From positions 832,001 to 896,000 of the forward strand of contig OZ255726.1 of the NCBI GenBank assembly GCA_965277405.1: a stretch of 64,000 bases of DNA, given 5' to 3'. Position 1 is the first letter of the stretch. The number at the start of each line of letters is the position of its first letter. The notes under the pieces are model-generated. The model made no database searches and was not told where the DNA came from. It worked only from the letters and a program-made list of their open reading frames with translations. A program made the position numbers and the translations under genes. Source of the DNA: Gammaproteobacteria bacterium. GTDB lineage: Bacteria > Pseudomonadota > Gammaproteobacteria > G965277405. Shown in pieces: positions 43,368 to 55,633 of this stretch.

Positions 43368-44079
43368 TTAGTATTTGTTTGGAACGCCACCACGCAAATC
43401 CAATGGATTGATGCTTGCTGGTATCATGCGTGAAGTCAAGCAAATGCTGTTGCGGTTTTGCAGGAATTTTTACGCAAATGTGGTTGCCGCGTTGCTTGGC
43501 GGTGTTGAGTTGCTGCGCTAAAGACGCTGGGGTTTCACCCGCGTTGACGATACGCAGCATTTGGGTGTATTTTTGGACTTGTGCCTTGCCATGGTGGGAA
43601 AACATCGGGTCGATGTAGGCAACATCAATATCTGCTTTACTGGTTTGCCAGTCTTCACAGCGGAAGTGAATCCTTGCACGCACTTGTTGCGGGGCGTTGT
43701 TGAGGGCATCTGTCAACAAAATTGCGCAGATTGGGTTGTGGTCGAAGGCGTGCACTGTATATCCTGCACAGGCGAGTAATCAGCTGTCACGCTCAAAACC
43801 TGCAGTACAATCGGTAATAATGCGGGTGCGGGTGCGCACATGTTGTAATATCGTGGCTAGCAATGGATAACTTTTTAACTGGCGTTGAACAAGTTTTGGC
43901 TGCGGCATGGTTTGTTGGAACACTAGCTTTTTTTCTATATCAACCAAGACAAGTCGTTCGTTGACAACGTCAATGTATATTGGGCATGTGTGGCTGGCAG
44001 GGACACAGGATTGTTGCAATGATTGGGGTAGGTTTTTCCAACACACACAGAGGCAACAGCAGCAGGTGCGACAAAACAA
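43357..44079 (-). pseudogene. rsmJ: 16S rRNA m2G1516 methyltransferase-like gene with an in-frame TGA at 43780
   Basis: DCTAGFERDS*LLACAG and VAYIDPMF in the same frame; 3' end runs into the mini-MITE. Confidence 0.65.
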
Positions 44080-44155
44080 GGTGCAAGACTTTTGGTATTT
44101 TGATTGGTGTTATCTGTTTTATTCATATAATGCGCGACTTTTGAACGAAGACACT

Positions 44156-44374
44156 ATGGCTAAAGACGATGTAATTGAAATGCAGGGCACAGTAGTTGAG
44201 ACCTTGCCAAACACCATCTTTCGGGTGGAATTAGAAAATGGTCACCGTATCCAGGCGACTATTTCTGGCCGATTGCGTAAAAACTATATCCGCATTTTAA
44301 CGGGTGATACCGTGCGTGTAGAGCTCAGTCCTTATGATTTATCAAAAGGAAGAATCTCATACCGTGAACGCTAA
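44156..44374 (+). CDS. infA: Translation initiation factor IF-1
   Basis: [19 protein letters not shown]...[12 protein letters not shown]. Confidence 0.97.
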   Translation: MAKDDVIEMQGTVVETLPNTIFRVELENGHRIQATISGRLRKNYIRILTGDTVRVELSPYDLSKGRISYRER

Positions 44375-44425
44375 TCGCGGTTTGACATCTTTGCCCGCGC
44401 CAGTTCCACAATTCCGAGTGTAGAT

Positions 44426-46225
44426 GTGACAACAACTGCAAAAATGCGTAATTTTTCGATTATTGCGCATATTGACCATGGCAAATCAACGCTATCTGAC
44501 AGAATTATCCAATATTGCGATGGCTTGAGTGAACGTGAAATGCGCGCCCAGGTACTCGATACTATGGATTTGGAACGCGAGCGTGGTATCACTATTAAAG
44601 CCCAGAGTGTGCGGCTGTATTACACTGCAACAGATGGTGAGGAATATCAATTTAATTTAATCGACACCCCAGGACACGTGGATTTTTCGTATGAAGTTTC
44701 ACGGTCATTAGCCGCGTGTGAAGGGGCGCTGTTGGTAACAGACGCAGGTCAAGGAGTCGAAGCACAAACTGTTGCTAACACCTATACGGCTCTTGAACAA
44801 GACTTGGTTATTATTCCTGTCATCAATAAAATTGACTTGCCGCACGCAGACGTTGATCGGGTAAAAATGGAAATTGAGGAGATTATTGGCATCGACGCGA
44901 GTGACGCAATGCTGTGCAGCGCGAAAGATGGCATTGGTATTGAAGAGTTAATCGAGCGCATTATTGCAGATATTCCTCCACCTCAGCCGCTGCAAGATGC
45001 CCCATTACAAGCATTGATAATCGATTCTTGGTTTGATAATTATCTCGGTGTCGTGTCATTGCTGCGCGTGTTCGCAGGTGGATTGAAGCTTGGTGATCGG
45101 ATTACGATCCATTCGACAAAAAACAAATACATCGTTGATAGCATCCGTGTTGCCCAGCCCAAGCATACGCTTATTGATACGCTTAACGCGGGTGAAGTCG
45201 GCATGCTTACCGCGTCAATAAAAGAAATTCAAGGTGCGCCGATTGGTGATACTGTTGTGCATACTGCGCGCGATAGTAGTGTGGCTGCATTGGCTGATTT
45301 TAAAAAGGTCAAACCACAGGTATACGCCGCGATGTTCCCGATTGATTCGAATGATTTTGAGGGTTTTCGTGAGGCTTTGGCAAAACTTGCATTGAATGAT
45401 GCCGCACTTGAATATCAGCCAGAAAGCTCAGAGGCGCTCGGCTTTGGTTTTCGCATTGGCTTTCTAGGTATGCTGCATATGGAAATCATCCAAGAACGAC
45501 TGGAACGTGAATACGACTTGGATTTAATTACCACAGCGCCAACGGTGAAATATCAACTGACGTTAGCGAATGGTAACACAGTATGCGTTACCAATCCTGC
45601 CGATTTACCGTCATCAAACTTGATTGCTGATTTTGCTGAACCCATCGCCGATGTTGATATTTTAGTGCCACAAGATTATCTCGGTGGTGTGATTGGGCTG
45701 TGTATTGAAAAGCGTGGGGTGCAACAAAACATGCAATTTGTTGGCAAGCAGGTGGCGCTGCAGTTTTCAATACCGATGTCTGAAGTTGTATTGGATTTTT
45801 TCGATAAATTAAAATCTATTAGTCGGGGCTATGCATCGCTTGACTATCAATTTTTAAAGCTTCAAAGTGCTAACTTAACCAAGCTAGATATTCTGATAAA
45901 CGGTGAGCGTGTTGATGCACTATCACTGATCGTCCATACGTTGCATACCGCTAGTAAAGGTCGATCAATGGTCGAAAAAATGAAAACAATCATTCCACGG
46001 CAAATGTTTGATGTTGCGATTCAGGCAGCTATTGGAGGTCATATAATTGCGCGCTCAACGGTGAAGGCATTACGAAAAAATGTGACAGCAAAATGCTATG
46101 GTGGGGATATAACTCGAAAAAAGAAGCTGTTAGAAAAACAAAAGGCAGGGAAAAAACGCATGAAACAAATTGGGAAAGTAACGATTCCTCAAGAAGCGTT
46201 TTTAGCTGTTTTACGTACTGATTAA
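44426..46225 (+). CDS. lepA: Elongation factor 4
   Basis: [34 protein letters not shown]. Confidence 0.98.
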   Translation: MTTTAKMRNFSIIAHIDHGKSTLSDRIIQYCDGLSEREMRAQVLDTMDLERERGITIKAQSVRLYYTATDGEEYQFNLIDTPGHVDFSYEVSRSLAACEGALLVTDAGQGVEAQTVANTYTALEQDLVIIPVINKIDLPHADVDRVKMEIEEIIGIDASDAMLCSAKDGIGIEELIERIIADIPPPQPLQDAPLQALIIDSWFDNYLGVVSLLRVFAGGLKLGDRITIHSTKNKYIVDSIRVAQPKHTLIDTLNAGEVGMLTASIKEIQGAPIGDTVVHTARDSSVAALADFKKVKPQVYAAMFPIDSNDFEGFREALAKLALNDAALEYQPESSEALGFGFRIGFLGMLHMEIIQERLEREYDLDLITTAPTVKYQLTLANGNTVCVTNPADLPSSNLIADFAEPIADVDILVPQDYLGGVIGLCIEKRGVQQNMQFVGKQVALQFSIPMSEVVLDFFDKLKSISRGYASLDYQFLKLQSANLTKLDILINGERVDALSLIVHTLHTASKGRSMVEKMKTIIPRQMFDVAIQAAIGGHIIARSTVKALRKNVTAKCYGGDITRKKKLLEKQKAGKKRMKQIGKVTIPQEAFLAVLRTD

Positions 46226-46226
46226 T

Positions 46227-47057
46227 ATGGGATTGTATATGGATTATTCGCTAATATTATTGATATTAATCTTGGTAACTGGGGTTATATATTGTATCGA
46301 TAAGCGGCGCTGGGAGCCGCAACGCCAGGCAATGGTGCTGCAAGAATATAAAAAAATGTTGGGGCGCAACGTCGCTAAACAGCAAGTTGCAAAGGAATTG
46401 ACCATACCGTGGTATATCGATTGGTCGCGGTCGTTGTTCCCAGTGTTGCTGGTGGTGTTATTGGTGAGATCGTGTGTGGTTGAGCCGTTTCAAATCCCTT
46501 CTGGGTCGATGCGTCCTGGACTTGTAGAAGGTGATTTTTTGGTGGTCAAGCGTTTTATATATGGGTTGCGGGTGCCAGTATGGAATCAAACAGTGCTGCC
46601 AATTAGTGAACCAAAGCGTGGCGATGTTGTGGTGTTTAAATTCCCGCCGAATCCGTCAATAGATTATATCAAGCGGGTGATTGGGTTGCCTGGCGATCAA
46701 ATTTCTATTCGTAATTCAATCGTGTATGTGAATAATAAACCATTGCCGCAAGGTCAGCTTGAGCGTTCTAAGCAGCCTGCTGATTTCCCTAACACGACTT
46801 TGTATGAAGAATCGATTGGCAGTAAAACGTATGTCATTCAAAAAATACTAACCAATTACGCCCCTCCTGAACGCACATGGAATGTCCCAGCAGGGCATTA
46901 TTTTATGATGGGAGATAACCGCAATAATTCCCGTGATAGCCGTTTTTGGGGGTTTGTTCCCGAACAGAATTTGCTTGGCGAAGCGTCATTTATTTGGCTC
47001 AACTGGCTTGACTGGAGTAGCTTGCCGTCGCTTTCGCGTAATTCTTTTATCGACTAA
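46227..47057 (+). CDS. lepB: Signal peptidase I
   Basis: EPFQIPSGSM, DYIKRVIGLPGD, GDNRNNSRDSRFWG. Confidence 0.96.
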   Translation: MGLYMDYSLILLILILVTGVIYCIDKRRWEPQRQAMVLQEYKKMLGRNVAKQQVAKELTIPWYIDWSRSLFPVLLVVLLVRSCVVEPFQIPSGSMRPGLVEGDFLVVKRFIYGLRVPVWNQTVLPISEPKRGDVVVFKFPPNPSIDYIKRVIGLPGDQISIRNSIVYVNNKPLPQGQLERSKQPADFPNTTLYEESIGSKTYVIQKILTNYAPPERTWNVPAGHYFMMGDNRNNSRDSRFWGFVPEQNLLGEASFIWLNWLDWSSLPSLSRNSFID

Positions 47058-47064
47058 TTGTTGT

Positions 47065-47757
47065 ATGTGCGCGCAGCCATCTTGCAACATTGACACTCTG
47101 CAACGGACGATTGGGTATAGCTTTACCAATACAGCGGTGTTGATGCAAGCACTTACCCATCGAAGTTATGGGAAGAATCACTATGAGCGGCTTGAGTTTC
47201 TTGGTGATTCTTTGGTGAATTGTATTGCTGCTGATATGCTGTACAAAAAATTCAGCAATGTACCAGAAGGTCAGTTAAGCAGATTGCGCTCGAGTATCGT
47301 TAAGGGAACGACATTGGCGCAGGTGGCGCAGGAGCTTAAGCTAGCTGAGTATATTCACATGGGTGTTGGTGAGCAAAAAAGCGGTGGGCGGAGCCGGCAG
47401 TCAATTTTAGCTGATGTTGTCGAGTCTGTTATTGCAGCAATATATATTGATAGCGATTTTCCAACTGTTTACCGAGTTGTGTCGCGATGGATGGAACTGC
47501 GGATTAGCAATATTGATGTCTCTAAAACCATGAAAGATCCAAAGTCGATTTTACAAGAAAAACTGCAGGCTGACGGACGTCAATTGCCGCATTATGAGGT
47601 GATTGACACGGCTGGTGCTGCACATGCAATGCAATTTGTGGTGCGTTGCACAGTGCGGGTTACTGGTACTCCAATGTATGCAGAAGGCACTGGGAGCAGC
47701 AGGAGATTTGCCGAGCAACAAGCTGCTGAGCACATGCTGCAAACGTATAGCTCATGA
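47065..47757 (+). CDS. rnc: Ribonuclease III
   Basis: ALTHRS, ERLEFLGDS, dsRBD; start approximate. Confidence 0.95.
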   Translation: MCAQPSCNIDTLQRTIGYSFTNTAVLMQALTHRSYGKNHYERLEFLGDSLVNCIAADMLYKKFSNVPEGQLSRLRSSIVKGTTLAQVAQELKLAEYIHMGVGEQKSGGRSRQSILADVVESVIAAIYIDSDFPTVYRVVSRWMELRISNIDVSKTMKDPKSILQEKLQADGRQLPHYEVIDTAGAAHAMQFVVRCTVRVTGTPMYAEGTGSSRRFAEQQAAEHMLQTYSS

Positions 47758-48650
47758 ATGCAACACAGAAATGTGGCTATATCGGTATTATTGGCCGCAC
47801 CAATGTTGGTAAGTCAACACTGTTGAACACTCTGGTTGGCGCGAAGGCGAGTATCACCTCTGATAAGCCGCAGACAACGCGGGTGCAAATTCAAGGGATA
47901 CGCACCGATGGTAATAATCAACTGGTATTTATTGATACACCAGGACGGTTTCGCAAAGGCACGAGTCGGCTTGATAAAATGATGCTGCAGGATGCAATTA
48001 ACATTATCCCTTCATGCGACGTGGTTGTGTGGATGGTGCGACCTCGGTGGCATAGAGAAGATGATCTAGTGCTTAAGTCTTTGCTGGAGACGATTGAGAG
48101 TCAACCATTGATTGTGGTGATCAACGCCTGTGAGCGGTTAAAGCCAAAAACAGCAGTATTACACGTGCTTGATGAATATCGGCAACGGCTTGCAGCATTA
48201 ACAGTTGCCCAATGGCTGCCGATTTCTGCATTGCATGGTCATAACTGTGATGCGTTATTACAGACCATCGATCAATATTTGCCAGAAAACACCCATGTGT
48301 TTGCTAAGAATCACCAGTCACAACATCCAACAGAGTTTGCTAGCGAGTTGATTCGTGAAAAAATATACCGCTATACTGGGGATGAAATTCCATATCAAGT
48401 GTTTGTTGATATTGAAAATGATGAGATTAAAAATACAATCCACCACATTGATGCAACGATCAATGTTGGTCATATAAACCACAAAGGAATCGTTATTGGT
48501 ACTGGTGGCGAACGGCTTAAAAAAATAGCTTCGTTGGCGAGGATAGATATTGAAAAAAACAGAAATGCCAAGGTTATGTTGCGGCTGTGGGTGAAGGTGA
48601 ATAGTAACTGGTGGAATGACCCGCGTGTATTACGCCCAGGAAAACCCTGA
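47754..48650 (+). CDS. era: GTPase Era
   Basis: GRTNVGKSTL, PQTTR, DTPG, KH domain. Confidence 0.95.
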   Translation: MNATQKCGYIGIIGRTNVGKSTLLNTLVGAKASITSDKPQTTRVQIQGIRTDGNNQLVFIDTPGRFRKGTSRLDKMMLQDAINIIPSCDVVVWMVRPRWHREDDLVLKSLLETIESQPLIVVINACERLKPKTAVLHVLDEYRQRLAALTVAQWLPISALHGHNCDALLQTIDQYLPENTHVFAKNHQSQHPTEFASELIREKIYRYTGDEIPYQVFVDIENDEIKNTIHHIDATINVGHINHKGIVIGTGGERLKKIASLARIDIEKNRNAKVMLRLWVKVNSNWWNDPRVLRPGKP

Positions 48651-48770
48651 TTAACTCGAATAAAGTAACGACTGATGCTTGCGCCATATAATAACAGCAG
48701 GCAATCCAAGTGTGGCTGCTATCAATCAAGCATGAATCACAACACAACGAACAGTAAATAGAGGGATACC

Positions 48771-51359
48771 ATGAATACAGCGCGTAGTTATTCTCCGCAT
48801 AACGTCGAAGCCGCAGCACAGCAATATTGGCAGACGCATGAATCGTTTACGACTACAGAAGACCCACAGCAGCGCAGCTATTATGCATTAGCAATGTTGC
48901 CATATCCCAGCGGTAAACTGCATATGGGTCATGTACGCAATTATACGATTGTTGATGCGATTGCCAGAATACAGCGGATGCGTGGCTTGAATGTGCTCCA
49001 ACCGATGGGGTGGGATGCGTTTGGACTTCCTGCTGAAAACGCTGCGATCCAAAATGCTACCGCGCCCTCGACGTGGACATACGCCAACATTGACCATATG
49101 CGAGCACAATTACAACGCCTCGGTTTTGCGATTGATTGGCAACGCGAAATTGCTACGTGTCACCCTGAATATTATCGTTGGGAACAATGGTTCTTTTTAA
49201 AAATGTACGAAAAAGGACTGGTGTACCGCAAGAATGCTTGGGTGAATTGGGACCCAGTTGACCAGACAGTTTTGGCAAATGAACAGGTTATTGATGGCAG
49301 GGGTTGGCGCAGTCATGCGTTAGTTGAACGCAAACAATTACCGCATTGGTTCATAAAAATTACCGCTTATGCAGACGAATTGCTCGATGATTTGGCAACG
49401 ATTGACTGGCCAAAGCAAGTGGTTGATATGCAAACTCATTGGATAGGTCGATCCAAGGGGGCAACCATTCGCTTTGCTTGCGGGGATACGCCGATAGAAG
49501 TATTCACAACACGCCCAGATACCTTGATGGGGGCGACATACATTGCGATTGCCGCAGAGCATTGTATTGCCCAGTCGCTGCTTGCTACGCCTGCTATCGC
49601 CGCCTGCATAGCTCGCTGCCAAACTGGTGCAGCTGATAGAGATGAAAGATTTGGAATTGATACGGGCGTGCGTGCTATTCATCCAATCAGCGGGGAGCAA
49701 TTACCAGTGTGGATAGCAAACTTTGTGTTGGCAGAATATGGCAGCGGCGCTGTTATGGCTGTGCCTGCCCATGATGCGCGTGATTGGGATTTTGCCCGCC
49801 AATACGGCTTACCAATGGTGCAAGTGATTGCTCCAGCTAATGGCAGCAGCGTTGATATTAACCAAGCAGCGTATGTGAGCTACGATATTGTTACGATCAA
49901 CTCGGGGCAGTTTGATGGACTAGGGTTTGCTGCTGCATGCGCAGCTATTGTTGCCGTATTAACCGAACATCAGCAAGGTAAAGAAAAAGTAGACTACCGC
50001 TTGCGTGATTGGGGAGTATCGAGACAACGCTATTGGGGCGCACCGATACCGTTTATTCATTGCAAGCAGTGTGGAGTAGTGCCTGTTCCTGAAGCACAAT
50101 TGCCAGTGCTGTTGCCTGAAGGAATACAGCCAGACGGGCGAGGAAACCCATTGGAACAATTAGCAAGTTTTTATCAGTGTGTATGCCCACTATGCAATGG
50201 CTCTGCGCGCCGTGAGACAGATACTTTTGATACGTTTTTTGAATCGAGTTGGTATTATGCGCGCTATACATGCCCACGTGAATCGCAGCGAATGCTTGCT
50301 GGTGCCAATGCGTATTGGAGTCCAGTTGATCAATACGTTGGTGGTATCGAACATGCAATTTTACATTTATTGTATGCGCGATTTTTTTATAAGGCGATGC
50401 GTGATATTTTGAATGATGAATACGACGAAGAGGTTATTCGCGGTAACGAACCATTCAAAAACTTATTGACCCAAGGGATGGTATTGTCGCAAAGCTATTT
50501 TCGTAAAACAGCAGATGGAGCTACTACATGGTATCGCAGCGAAGATATCGAGACTGATTTTGACGATGTAGGCAAGCCTATTCAACCACGACTGAAAGCC
50601 ACACAGGAAGCCGTTGAGGATGGAGGTATTATTAAAATGTCAAAGTCTAAAAATAATGGTATTGATCCAGACACCATGATTCAGCAATATGGTGCCGATA
50701 TTGTGCGCCTGTATGTGTTATTTACCGCTCCGCCAGCATTGTCATTGATTTGGAGCTCTACCGCTATAGCTGGTGCTGAGCGGTTTTTGCATAAAATATG
50801 GCGCATAGCGCATAAATATACGGACACAAGTGCTTTACCGATAGACTTTCAAACACTCACAGCCGCGCAAGCTGACTTATGGCGCAAGGCCAACCAGACA
50901 ATCGTCAAAGTTGATGAGGACATGCGGCTGCGCTTTAAATTTAACACGGCGATTGCTGCGGTGATGGAGCTGTATAATGAATTAGCAAAACACACTGATG
51001 AATCTGTGGTAGCTCACAGTTTGCAAAAGCAAGTCGTGGAAGTTATATTGTTATTGCTTGCGCCCATTGCCCCGCATATTTGTCATGTTCTTTGGCAGAA
51101 ACTCGGGAATTCCACCCCAATAATTGATGAGTTATTACCGCGTGTAGATACCAGCGCGCTACAGGTAAATACCGTGACTATTGCCTTACAGGTAAACGGC
51201 AAGCTCCGTGATACTTGTGATGTTGCAGTAGGAATTGACTCAGGTGAACTAGAAAAAATTGCTCTTGCAAACCATAAAATTCAATTACACGTCAGCGATA
51301 AGAAAATTGTGCGGGTGGTTGTGGTTGCTAAACGGCTGGTGAACGTCGTGGTTCGGTGA
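48771..51359 (+). CDS. leuS: Leucine--tRNA ligase
   Basis: HMGH and KMSKS motifs. Confidence 0.98.
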   Translation: MNTARSYSPHNVEAAAQQYWQTHESFTTTEDPQQRSYYALAMLPYPSGKLHMGHVRNYTIVDAIARIQRMRGLNVLQPMGWDAFGLPAENAAIQNATAPSTWTYANIDHMRAQLQRLGFAIDWQREIATCHPEYYRWEQWFFLKMYEKGLVYRKNAWVNWDPVDQTVLANEQVIDGRGWRSHALVERKQLPHWFIKITAYADELLDDLATIDWPKQVVDMQTHWIGRSKGATIRFACGDTPIEVFTTRPDTLMGATYIAIAAEHCIAQSLLATPAIAACIARCQTGAADRDERFGIDTGVRAIHPISGEQLPVWIANFVLAEYGSGAVMAVPAHDARDWDFARQYGLPMVQVIAPANGSSVDINQAAYVSYDIVTINSGQFDGLGFAAACAAIVAVLTEHQQGKEKVDYRLRDWGVSRQRYWGAPIPFIHCKQCGVVPVPEAQLPVLLPEGIQPDGRGNPLEQLASFYQCVCPLCNGSARRETDTFDTFFESSWYYARYTCPRESQRMLAGANAYWSPVDQYVGGIEHAILHLLYARFFYKAMRDILNDEYDEEVIRGNEPFKNLLTQGMVLSQSYFRKTADGATTWYRSEDIETDFDDVGKPIQPRLKATQEAVEDGGIIKMSKSKNNGIDPDTMIQQYGADIVRLYVLFTAPPALSLIWSSTAIAGAERFLHKIWRIAHKYTDTSALPIDFQTLTAAQADLWRKANQTIVKVDEDMRLRFKFNTAIAAVMELYNELAKHTDESVVAHSLQKQVVEVILLLLAPIAPHICHVLWQKLGNSTPIIDELLPRVDTSALQVNTVTIALQVNGKLRDTCDVAVGIDSGELEKIALANHKIQLHVSDKKIVRVVVVAKRLVNVVVR

Positions 51360-51412
51360 ATAATACGCTGTGACTAACAAGCAAACGTAACAACTAAGAA
51401 TATACCAATTGT

Positions 51413-51928
51413 ATGAATATACCAATTGCAAAATTGCAGCTGCATTGCTTGGTACTACTGTGGCTACTGTTGTTGACTAGTTGTGGCTTTCAGTTGCGCG
51501 GCTATAACCACAGCGCGGTTATCCATCAACCAGTGATACTCAGGAGTTATGATACATTTTCTCCTGCAACGACTACTGTAAAAAAGTATGCTGAGCGGCG
51601 CGGCATCGAACTCACAGCGGATTTACGCAGAGCAAGGGGGTATATATCTATCAAAAGTGAGCGGCTGGAACGTGACGATATGACAATGCGGCAGAACTCT
51701 GGCAGCCCTACAGAGTTGTTGCGTTTGACATGGGAGATTGAGGTGCAAAAGCGCGCAACAATACAGCTTGAATGGGGTAATATGGTGCAGAGGAAAATCA
51801 CTGCCGATGCAATTTTAGCCGCCAATTTAAACCAAATTACAGTGCAAGCCACAGCAGAGCAAGCAGCCATGAATACAATGCGTGCTGATTTAAACCGTCG
51901 TCTATTTATGTATTTAGTCGACCAATAA
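51413..51928 (+). CDS. lptE: LPS assembly lipoprotein LptE
   Basis: Lipobox LTSC-GFQLRG; leuS-lptE-holA synteny. Confidence 0.8.
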   Translation: MNIPIAKLQLHCLVLLWLLLLTSCGFQLRGYNHSAVIHQPVILRSYDTFSPATTTVKKYAERRGIELTADLRRARGYISIKSERLERDDMTMRQNSGSPTELLRLTWEIEVQKRATIQLEWGNMVQRKITADAILAANLNQITVQATAEQAAMNTMRADLNRRLFMYLVDQ

Positions 51929-51929
51929 T

Positions 51930-53000
51930 ATGTATCGTCCACACGATATTACCACAGTATTGCAACGGCAGCCTATCGCCTGGAATTTGCTTGTCGGTGA
52001 TGATGCCTTTCGCATTCAGCAGGTAAAATTGCAACTCCGTCAACAGTTACAAAAGCATGGATATACCGAGCGGGTGGTGTTGTTTCATGGTGAAGAAAAG
52101 TTTATCGAAAAGTTTGTGGCTGCGCTGCAGATGGGGTCATTATTTGCAAGTAAAAAGATTGTTGAAGTGCATTTCAACGGCGATAAGGTAGATCAAAAAT
52201 TTGTAAAAGTGTTCATGAAGCTCAGCCAACGCCAAGCCGCGCTAGCGCACGCTACAGTGGTGATTTTCAGCGCAGCTGCGTTTAGCAAAAAGACGACCCA
52301 GCAAGCGTGGGTTCGCTGGATTGATACCCAAGCAATGTGCATGCAATTTTACCCAATGAAGGGTCCTGAATATTTTCGCTGGGTGCAACAACGCAGCAGT
52401 AGTTACGGGGTAACGTTGCAAAACGCTGCGTTGCAGACGCTCGTTGAATACACCCAAGGTAACCCGTTGTCTGCTGATCAGCAGTTGCATGCGTTATCTC
52501 TGTCGACACAAGGTGTGGTAGATATTCAGCAATTACTTGGCTCAATTGAGGAAAACACGCGGTTTAATCAATTCAGTTTTAGTGATGCAATTTTTGTTGG
52601 CAATGCCAAAGAATGTTTGCGAATATTGCGCTACTTGCAGCAAGCGCATGTATCTGAGGGACAAATACTCTCCAGTGTCCTTAGAATTGTTGCGGTATTG
52701 GCGGTTGCACGCCGCTCAAATAGCACCAATATACGGAAGGTATTGACCAACGAAGGAGTGTTTTCAATGCAAATAGATAAATACCTGCGTCTATTGCAAC
52801 GCTTCTCCCCCAAGCAAATAGACAGTTTGGTGGTTATGATGACCCGCTTAGACCAAACTATGCGCGGTTGGCACGCAAAAACCGTCAGATTGCCATCGCC
52901 ATCGTTTAATAAACCAACAGTAGATTTTTGGCAGAGCCTAGAGGCAATAGTATTAGCATTGTGCCTGCAGCGCTCACCTGCATTGCAAAGTTTATTATAA
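51930..53000 (+). CDS. holA: DNA polymerase III delta subunit
   Basis: LLVGDD, SLFASKK, GN motifs; synteny. Confidence 0.85.
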   Translation: MYRPHDITTVLQRQPIAWNLLVGDDAFRIQQVKLQLRQQLQKHGYTERVVLFHGEEKFIEKFVAALQMGSLFASKKIVEVHFNGDKVDQKFVKVFMKLSQRQAALAHATVVIFSAAAFSKKTTQQAWVRWIDTQAMCMQFYPMKGPEYFRWVQQRSSSYGVTLQNAALQTLVEYTQGNPLSADQQLHALSLSTQGVVDIQQLLGSIEENTRFNQFSFSDAIFVGNAKECLRILRYLQQAHVSEGQILSSVLRIVAVLAVARRSNSTNIRKVLTNEGVFSMQIDKYLRLLQRFSPKQIDSLVVMMTRLDQTMRGWHAKTVRLPSPSFNKPTVDFWQSLEAIVLALCLQRSPALQSLL

Positions 53001-53017
53001 CTGACGCTTCCCTAGAT

Positions 53018-53046
53018 CGGCCATCATGGACTTAATCATAGCTTCC
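53018..53046 (+). mobile_element. Isolated MITE right end
   Basis: CCATCATGGACTTAATCATAGCTTCC. Confidence 0.7.
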
Positions 53047-53063
53047 TAAAGTTATCAGCCAAT

Positions 53064-54067
53064 TTATGTGTTAAATTCAGGGATGATGTGTCGACCATAG
53101 TTAGCGATGATTTTTTCTTCATCGCCGCTGTCTAAGTAGATATTAAACTGGGTTATTCCTGCGGTTTCTAGGTCTTTAATTTTGGCGATATGGTCAGCTA
53201 CGCTACCGAGTACGCAGAAACTGGTAACGATATCATCGGTGATGAAGTCCAAAAAGGGTTGTCACTTTGTCCGTGTTTAGAGTAGTCATACCCTTTACGA
53301 TTGTCGATGTAGTCCGTTAGGCTTTTAGGTACAATTCCTGAATCGCTGCCGTATTTTTCAACGATATCAGCGACGTGATTCCCCACCATCGCCGGGAACC
53401 ATTTGGTGTGTTGTATACAGTAATCCATATCACCAAAATAAGCTGGTGCAGCGGCTAGTACTTTAAAAGCAGACATATCGCGCCCCGCCTCTTCCCCAGC
53501 GCTAATGGCTTGGTTTTTAAACCATGTAATTAGATTTGGGTCGGCAATTTGTAACACCAAGCCATCCCCAACTTGCCCTGCGGTTGCCAGCGCCTTTGGA
53601 CCATACGCAGCAATCCATACTGGCAATTCATACCCCGTCGACCAGGGGAATTGCACACTAGCAGGGCATGCGTCATATTCCACTTGTTCGCCGCGCACCA
53701 TGGCTTTAACCTTAGTGGTAAATTCAGCAAGACGCGCCAAGGTGGCGGGCTTTTTCCCCATAACCCGCATAGAAGAATCGCCGCGACCTAGGGCAATGTC
53801 GAAGCGTCCATTGCTTTGATGCGCCAAACTAGCGTACAAGCTGGCAGCCAATGACCAATCGCGAATATTGGGGTTGGTCACACAGGGACCGAACCTCATA
53901 GTTGTGGTGTGTTCCATACACATTGCCATCGCGACAAACGACTCACGCCATAGAATATGCGAATCATAAAACCAACAGTAATCAAAGCCTGCCACTTCTG
54001 CTTGACGCACCAATTTACGGGCACGATCTGGGCTAACGAACCCTTTAAACGTAATACCAAATTCCAT
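53064..54067 (-). CDS. F420-dependent LLM-class oxidoreductase (CPS_4043/TIGR03842-like), one-base frameshift at T5 53251-53255
   Basis: MEFGITFKG, YDSHILW, GPCVTNP, GRGDS, AAYGPKAL; the C-terminus continues as LDFITDD in the next frame. Confidence 0.82.
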
Positions 54068-54089
54068 AATATTATCCTCTGTGTGTTGT

Positions 54090-54845
54090 TTAAGTCGGTT
54101 TGCAATCACCTTGTTTTGGGGTGAATTCTGCTGGTGGACAGACCCGAATGCCTGCATGGGTGAAGGGTACGTCTTTTGAGATATTCAACCGAATCAAGAT
54201 AGGTGTCAGCGCTTCGATGCAGCGCGCGCTTTCTGCCAAGCCTGCGTTGTAGGCCTTTGTCCCGATTTTTTCGATTAAAGCCATGACTCGTTTTTTCGCC
54301 GCTAGGTTATTGCCGCACACCAAAATGTCGCAATTGATCGAGCGGGTCAGGTCGTTTAAAGTGTCCGCCGCAACATTATGCAACGCGCCTACAACCGCAA
54401 CGCTTTCTCCTAGCAACGCTTGGGCTGATTCCGTAATTGAGCCAGCCGCTGGCATAATTACCGCTTTGGGGTTGCCTGGCACGAGCGGTACCACTATGTC
54501 TACTAAGGTTTTCCCAAGCAGAAAAGGTGCTAATGTTGCAAGTGTGGTATCGTGAGCGCTGTGAGGAACAGCAAGAATGACAATATCATCAGCCGCCTGC
54601 GCAGCCTCCTCCATACTCAAGCCAATGATGTCTGCATTATTATTGTCTGGCTGTTCGGTTAAGATTTTTAGCAATTTTTGCGCGCTGGCTTGGGATCTTT
54701 TTGGATCGCGCGAGCCGAGGACCACGCTGACGCCGGCCATCGCAAAACGCAGTGCCAAACCACTACCTTGTGGCCCCGTGCCACCAATAATAGCGACTTT
54801 TGGCGTTGCTTCTTTCTCCAGTTGTTGTTTCATTGCTGCTTTCAT
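54090..54845 (-). CDS. npdG: NADPH-dependent F420 reductase
   Basis: [41 protein letters not shown]. Confidence 0.88.
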   Translation of the reverse strand: MKAAMKQQLEKEATPKVAIIGGTGPQGSGLALRFAMAGVSVVLGSRDPKRSQASAQKLLKILTEQPDNNNADIIGLSMEEAAQAADDIVILAVPHSAHDTTLATLAPFLLGKTLVDIVVPLVPGNPKAVIMPAAGSITESAQALLGESVAVVGALHNVAADTLNDLTRSINCDILVCGNNLAAKKRVMALIEKIGTKAYNAGLAESARCIEALTPILIRLNISKDVPFTHAGIRVCPPAEFTPKQGDCKPT

Positions 54846-55633
54846 CGAAATAAATCCTCAGTCTGGGGACGGATAAGATCGCGACTTGAGTTGTCGGTTG
54901 TTGTCCAAGATAGGCCGCGGAAAATAATCACAGGAGTTTTAGCATTTTTTTTCATCAACAACCCCGACGCGGCAGCCAATTCGTCGCTAAAGGCAGGTGC
55001 GGTAACACTTAAATGCCGTCCAAAAGCATCAACCTCTCCTGCCATGTACATTACAGCTGGCACATTAGCTAGACCAATAGCCACATTTGTTTGTCCCAAG
55101 CGCCACGGCCTGCCAAAGGTATCGCTGATCACTATTCCCAAGCGACAAGCGAAGTGCTCCTCTAATTTTTGGCAGAGATTTCGTGCGCTTTTATCAGGGT
55201 CTTTAGGTAATACAATCAGTTGACCAGGATGATTAGCGTTCGACTCATCGACCGCCGCATTGGCACAAATATAGCCATTTTTATGCTCGGTAATCAGCAC
55301 TCCTTCCTGTTGATCTTGGCGTTTAATTGCGCGAATAATCCGGGTTGATTGAGATAAAATAACGGCAACTTTACGCGGATCTTTGTTAATCGTTTTCGCC
55401 AGCTCAATCGCCTCTTGGCTCGGTGTTACTCGGTCTAAATAAATACATGCCCCTTCGGTTTTAGAGACCACCTTATGGGCGACAACCAAGATATCGCCTG
55501 CCAATAAGCGTTGCTGATTGACCGTCAGCGCTGCGATAATACTGCAGGCTAGGTCGTCACCTTGGTTAAAATCGGGCAGCCCAGCCACCTGAAATATAGA
55601 AATGCAGTTGCTGGTGGACAACGAATCAGCCAT
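54842..55633 (-). CDS. cofE: F420-0:gamma-glutamyl ligase
   Basis: [36 protein letters not shown]. Confidence 0.93.
   Translation of the reverse strand: MADSLSTSNCISIFQVAGLPDFNQGDDLACSIIAALTVNQQRLLAGDILVVAHKVVSKTEGACIYLDRVTPSQEAIELAKTINKDPRKVAVILSQSTRIIRAIKRQDQQEGVLITEHKNGYICANAAVDESNANHPGQLIVLPKDPDKSARNLCQKLEEHFACRLGIVISDTFGRPWRLGQTNVAIGLANVPAVMYMAGEVDAFGRHLSVTAPAFSDELAAASGLLMKKNAKTPVIIFRGLSWTTTDNSSRDLIRPQTEDLFR

Noticed and set aside
43780-43782. TGA recoding (alternative genetic code or selenocysteine)
   Set aside because: purC, rnc, era and leuS terminate at TGA and Trp is encoded by TGG
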